Shown here in pieces: positions 62,938 to 64,000 of a DNA stretch of 64,000 nucleotides; positions within the stretch are counted from its first letter, which is position 1, and every line of letters starts with the position of its first letter. The stretch covers positions 192,001-256,000 of the forward strand of contig CBDCWP010000038.1 in assembly GCA_965223505.1 (NCBI GenBank), written 5' to 3'. A program made the position numbers and the translations under genes. This DNA comes from Planctomycetota bacterium. Lineage in GTDB: Bacteria > Planctomycetota > PLA2 > JAEUHO01. The notes beneath the pieces are model-generated. The model was not told where the DNA came from, searched no databases, and saw only the letters and a program-made list of their open reading frames with translations.

Positions 62938-63794
62938 GCCCGTCACCGCTGGTCTACTCCGTCAGTGACGCGACGGGCGAAACCGCGCTGCAGGCATGCA
63001 AGGCCGCGCTCGCGCAGTTCGGTCAATTCGACGAGGGCAGCATCCGCTCCGTCTCGCACGTCCTGTCCGAGGAGGACCTGCGCGCTGTCGTGCTGAAGGC
63101 GAAGGAAGCGAACGCGATCCTCGCGTACACGCTCGTCGGTCCGGAGCTTCGCTCACGCATCAAGGAGCTCGTGGAAGAGCACGAAGTCAAGGCCGTGGAC
63201 CTGCTGGGGACGCTGATCGCGCGCTTCGCGCGGCATCTCGACCGCAAGCCGCTCGCCGTGCCGGGCCTGGGACACGAGCTCGACGAAGACTACTTCCGTC
63301 GCGTCGACGCCGTCGAGTTCGCGGTCGCCAACGACGACGGTCGCGAGCCGCGCAACCTGCGCAAGGCCGACATCGTCATCGTCGGGATCAGCCGCACCGG
63401 AAAGACGCCGCTGTCGAACTACATCGCGCACCGCGGCTACAAGGTCGCGAACATCCCCCTCGTGCTCGGTGTCGAGCCGCCCAAGGAGCTCGACGACGTC
63501 GACCCGCGGCGCGTCTTCGGCTTGAACATCGAACCGGCCACGTTGATGAAGATCCGACAGTCACGCATGGAGTCGCTGCGCATGGAGTCGTCCGACTACG
63601 GCGACATCCGGTACATCCGCCGCGAAGCCGCGTGGGCCCGCAAGGTCTTCGAAGCGCACCCCGAGTGGACGGTCCTGAACATGACGCGCAAGGCCATCGA
63701 GGAGACCGCGTCGAAGATCCTGGAGCACTACCGCGCCACGTTCGGGCCGTCTGAAGTCGAGAAGGACGACGCGTCGAAGGACCCGGACGCCTGA
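62934..63794 (+). CDS. ppsR: pyruvate/PEP dikinase regulatory kinase-pyrophosphorylase
   Basis: SDATGETA, YFRRVDAVEFAVANDDG, GISRTGKTP, AIEETA. Confidence 0.93.
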   Translation: MSPSPLVYSVSDATGETALQACKAALAQFGQFDEGSIRSVSHVLSEEDLRAVVLKAKEANAILAYTLVGPELRSRIKELVEEHEVKAVDLLGTLIARFARHLDRKPLAVPGLGHELDEDYFRRVDAVEFAVANDDGREPRNLRKADIVIVGISRTGKTPLSNYIAHRGYKVANIPLVLGVEPPKELDDVDPRRVFGLNIEPATLMKIRQSRMESLRMESSDYGDIRYIRREAAWARKVFEAHPEWTVLNMTRKAIEETASKILEHYRATFGPSEVEKDDASKDPDA

Positions 63795-64000
63795 TGGCGA
63801 TCGTCTCGATCCGCGACTTGACCAAGTCCTACGGGCGCCGTCCGCCGGCGCTGCGCGACGTGACCTTCGACGTCGCCGACGGCATCACCGGGTTGCTCGG
63901 TCCGAACGGCGCCGGCAAGTCGACGCTCATCCAATGCGTGCTCGGCCTGCTGCCCGACTACACGGGCACGGTCGAGGTGCTCGGGCTCGACACGCGCAGG
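63794..64000 (+). CDS. ABC transporter ATP-binding protein (partial, runs off window end)
   Basis: MAIVSIRDLTKSYG...GLLGPNGAGKSTL Walker A. Confidence 0.92.
   Translation, partial: MAIVSIRDLTKSYGRRPPALRDVTFDVADGITGLLGPNGAGKSTLIQCVLGLLPDYTGTVEVLGLDTRR

Overview
Very GC-rich (roughly 70% by eye), gene-dense bacterial chromosomal window of mostly housekeeping genes. It is probably from a Planctomycetota-like lineage; this is inferred from secreted HEAT-repeat, secretin-like and coiled-coil envelope proteins and is not proven. Contents: a convergent tetrapyrrole cluster (hemA end-hemE-hemY/G facing hemC-hemD-hemL, with hemL frameshifted), ymdB-xseA, pabB-xerC-rhomboid-like-methyltransferase, tRNA-Glu(TTC), a two-component system next to an ABC binding protein, tsaD, ctpA, a complete mreB-mreC-mreD-mrdA-rodA elongasome locus, lnt-moeA, ribH-nusB-ftsY, glycosylation genes, a hybrid histidine kinase, an M1/M28/PDZ peptidase, ispG, wecB, a desaturase and moaD-moaE-ppsR. 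No CRISPR, prophage or IS element was seen. The most notable observation is in the elongasome locus. The 864-aa PBP2 carries a ~147-aa insertion inside its transpeptidase domain that looks like a degenerate histidine-kinase ATPase (HATPase_c) domain, plus a Cys-rich insertion, and mreC is preceded by two NrdR-box-like sites 32 bp apart. Also notable: an iRhom-like GPxG pseudo-rhomboid, widespread apparently leaderless promoters (TANNNT 6-8 nt before the start codon), a lipid-anchored ExbD-like protein, a double-secretin-like protein, and three +1 homopolymer frameshifts that may be assembly errors.
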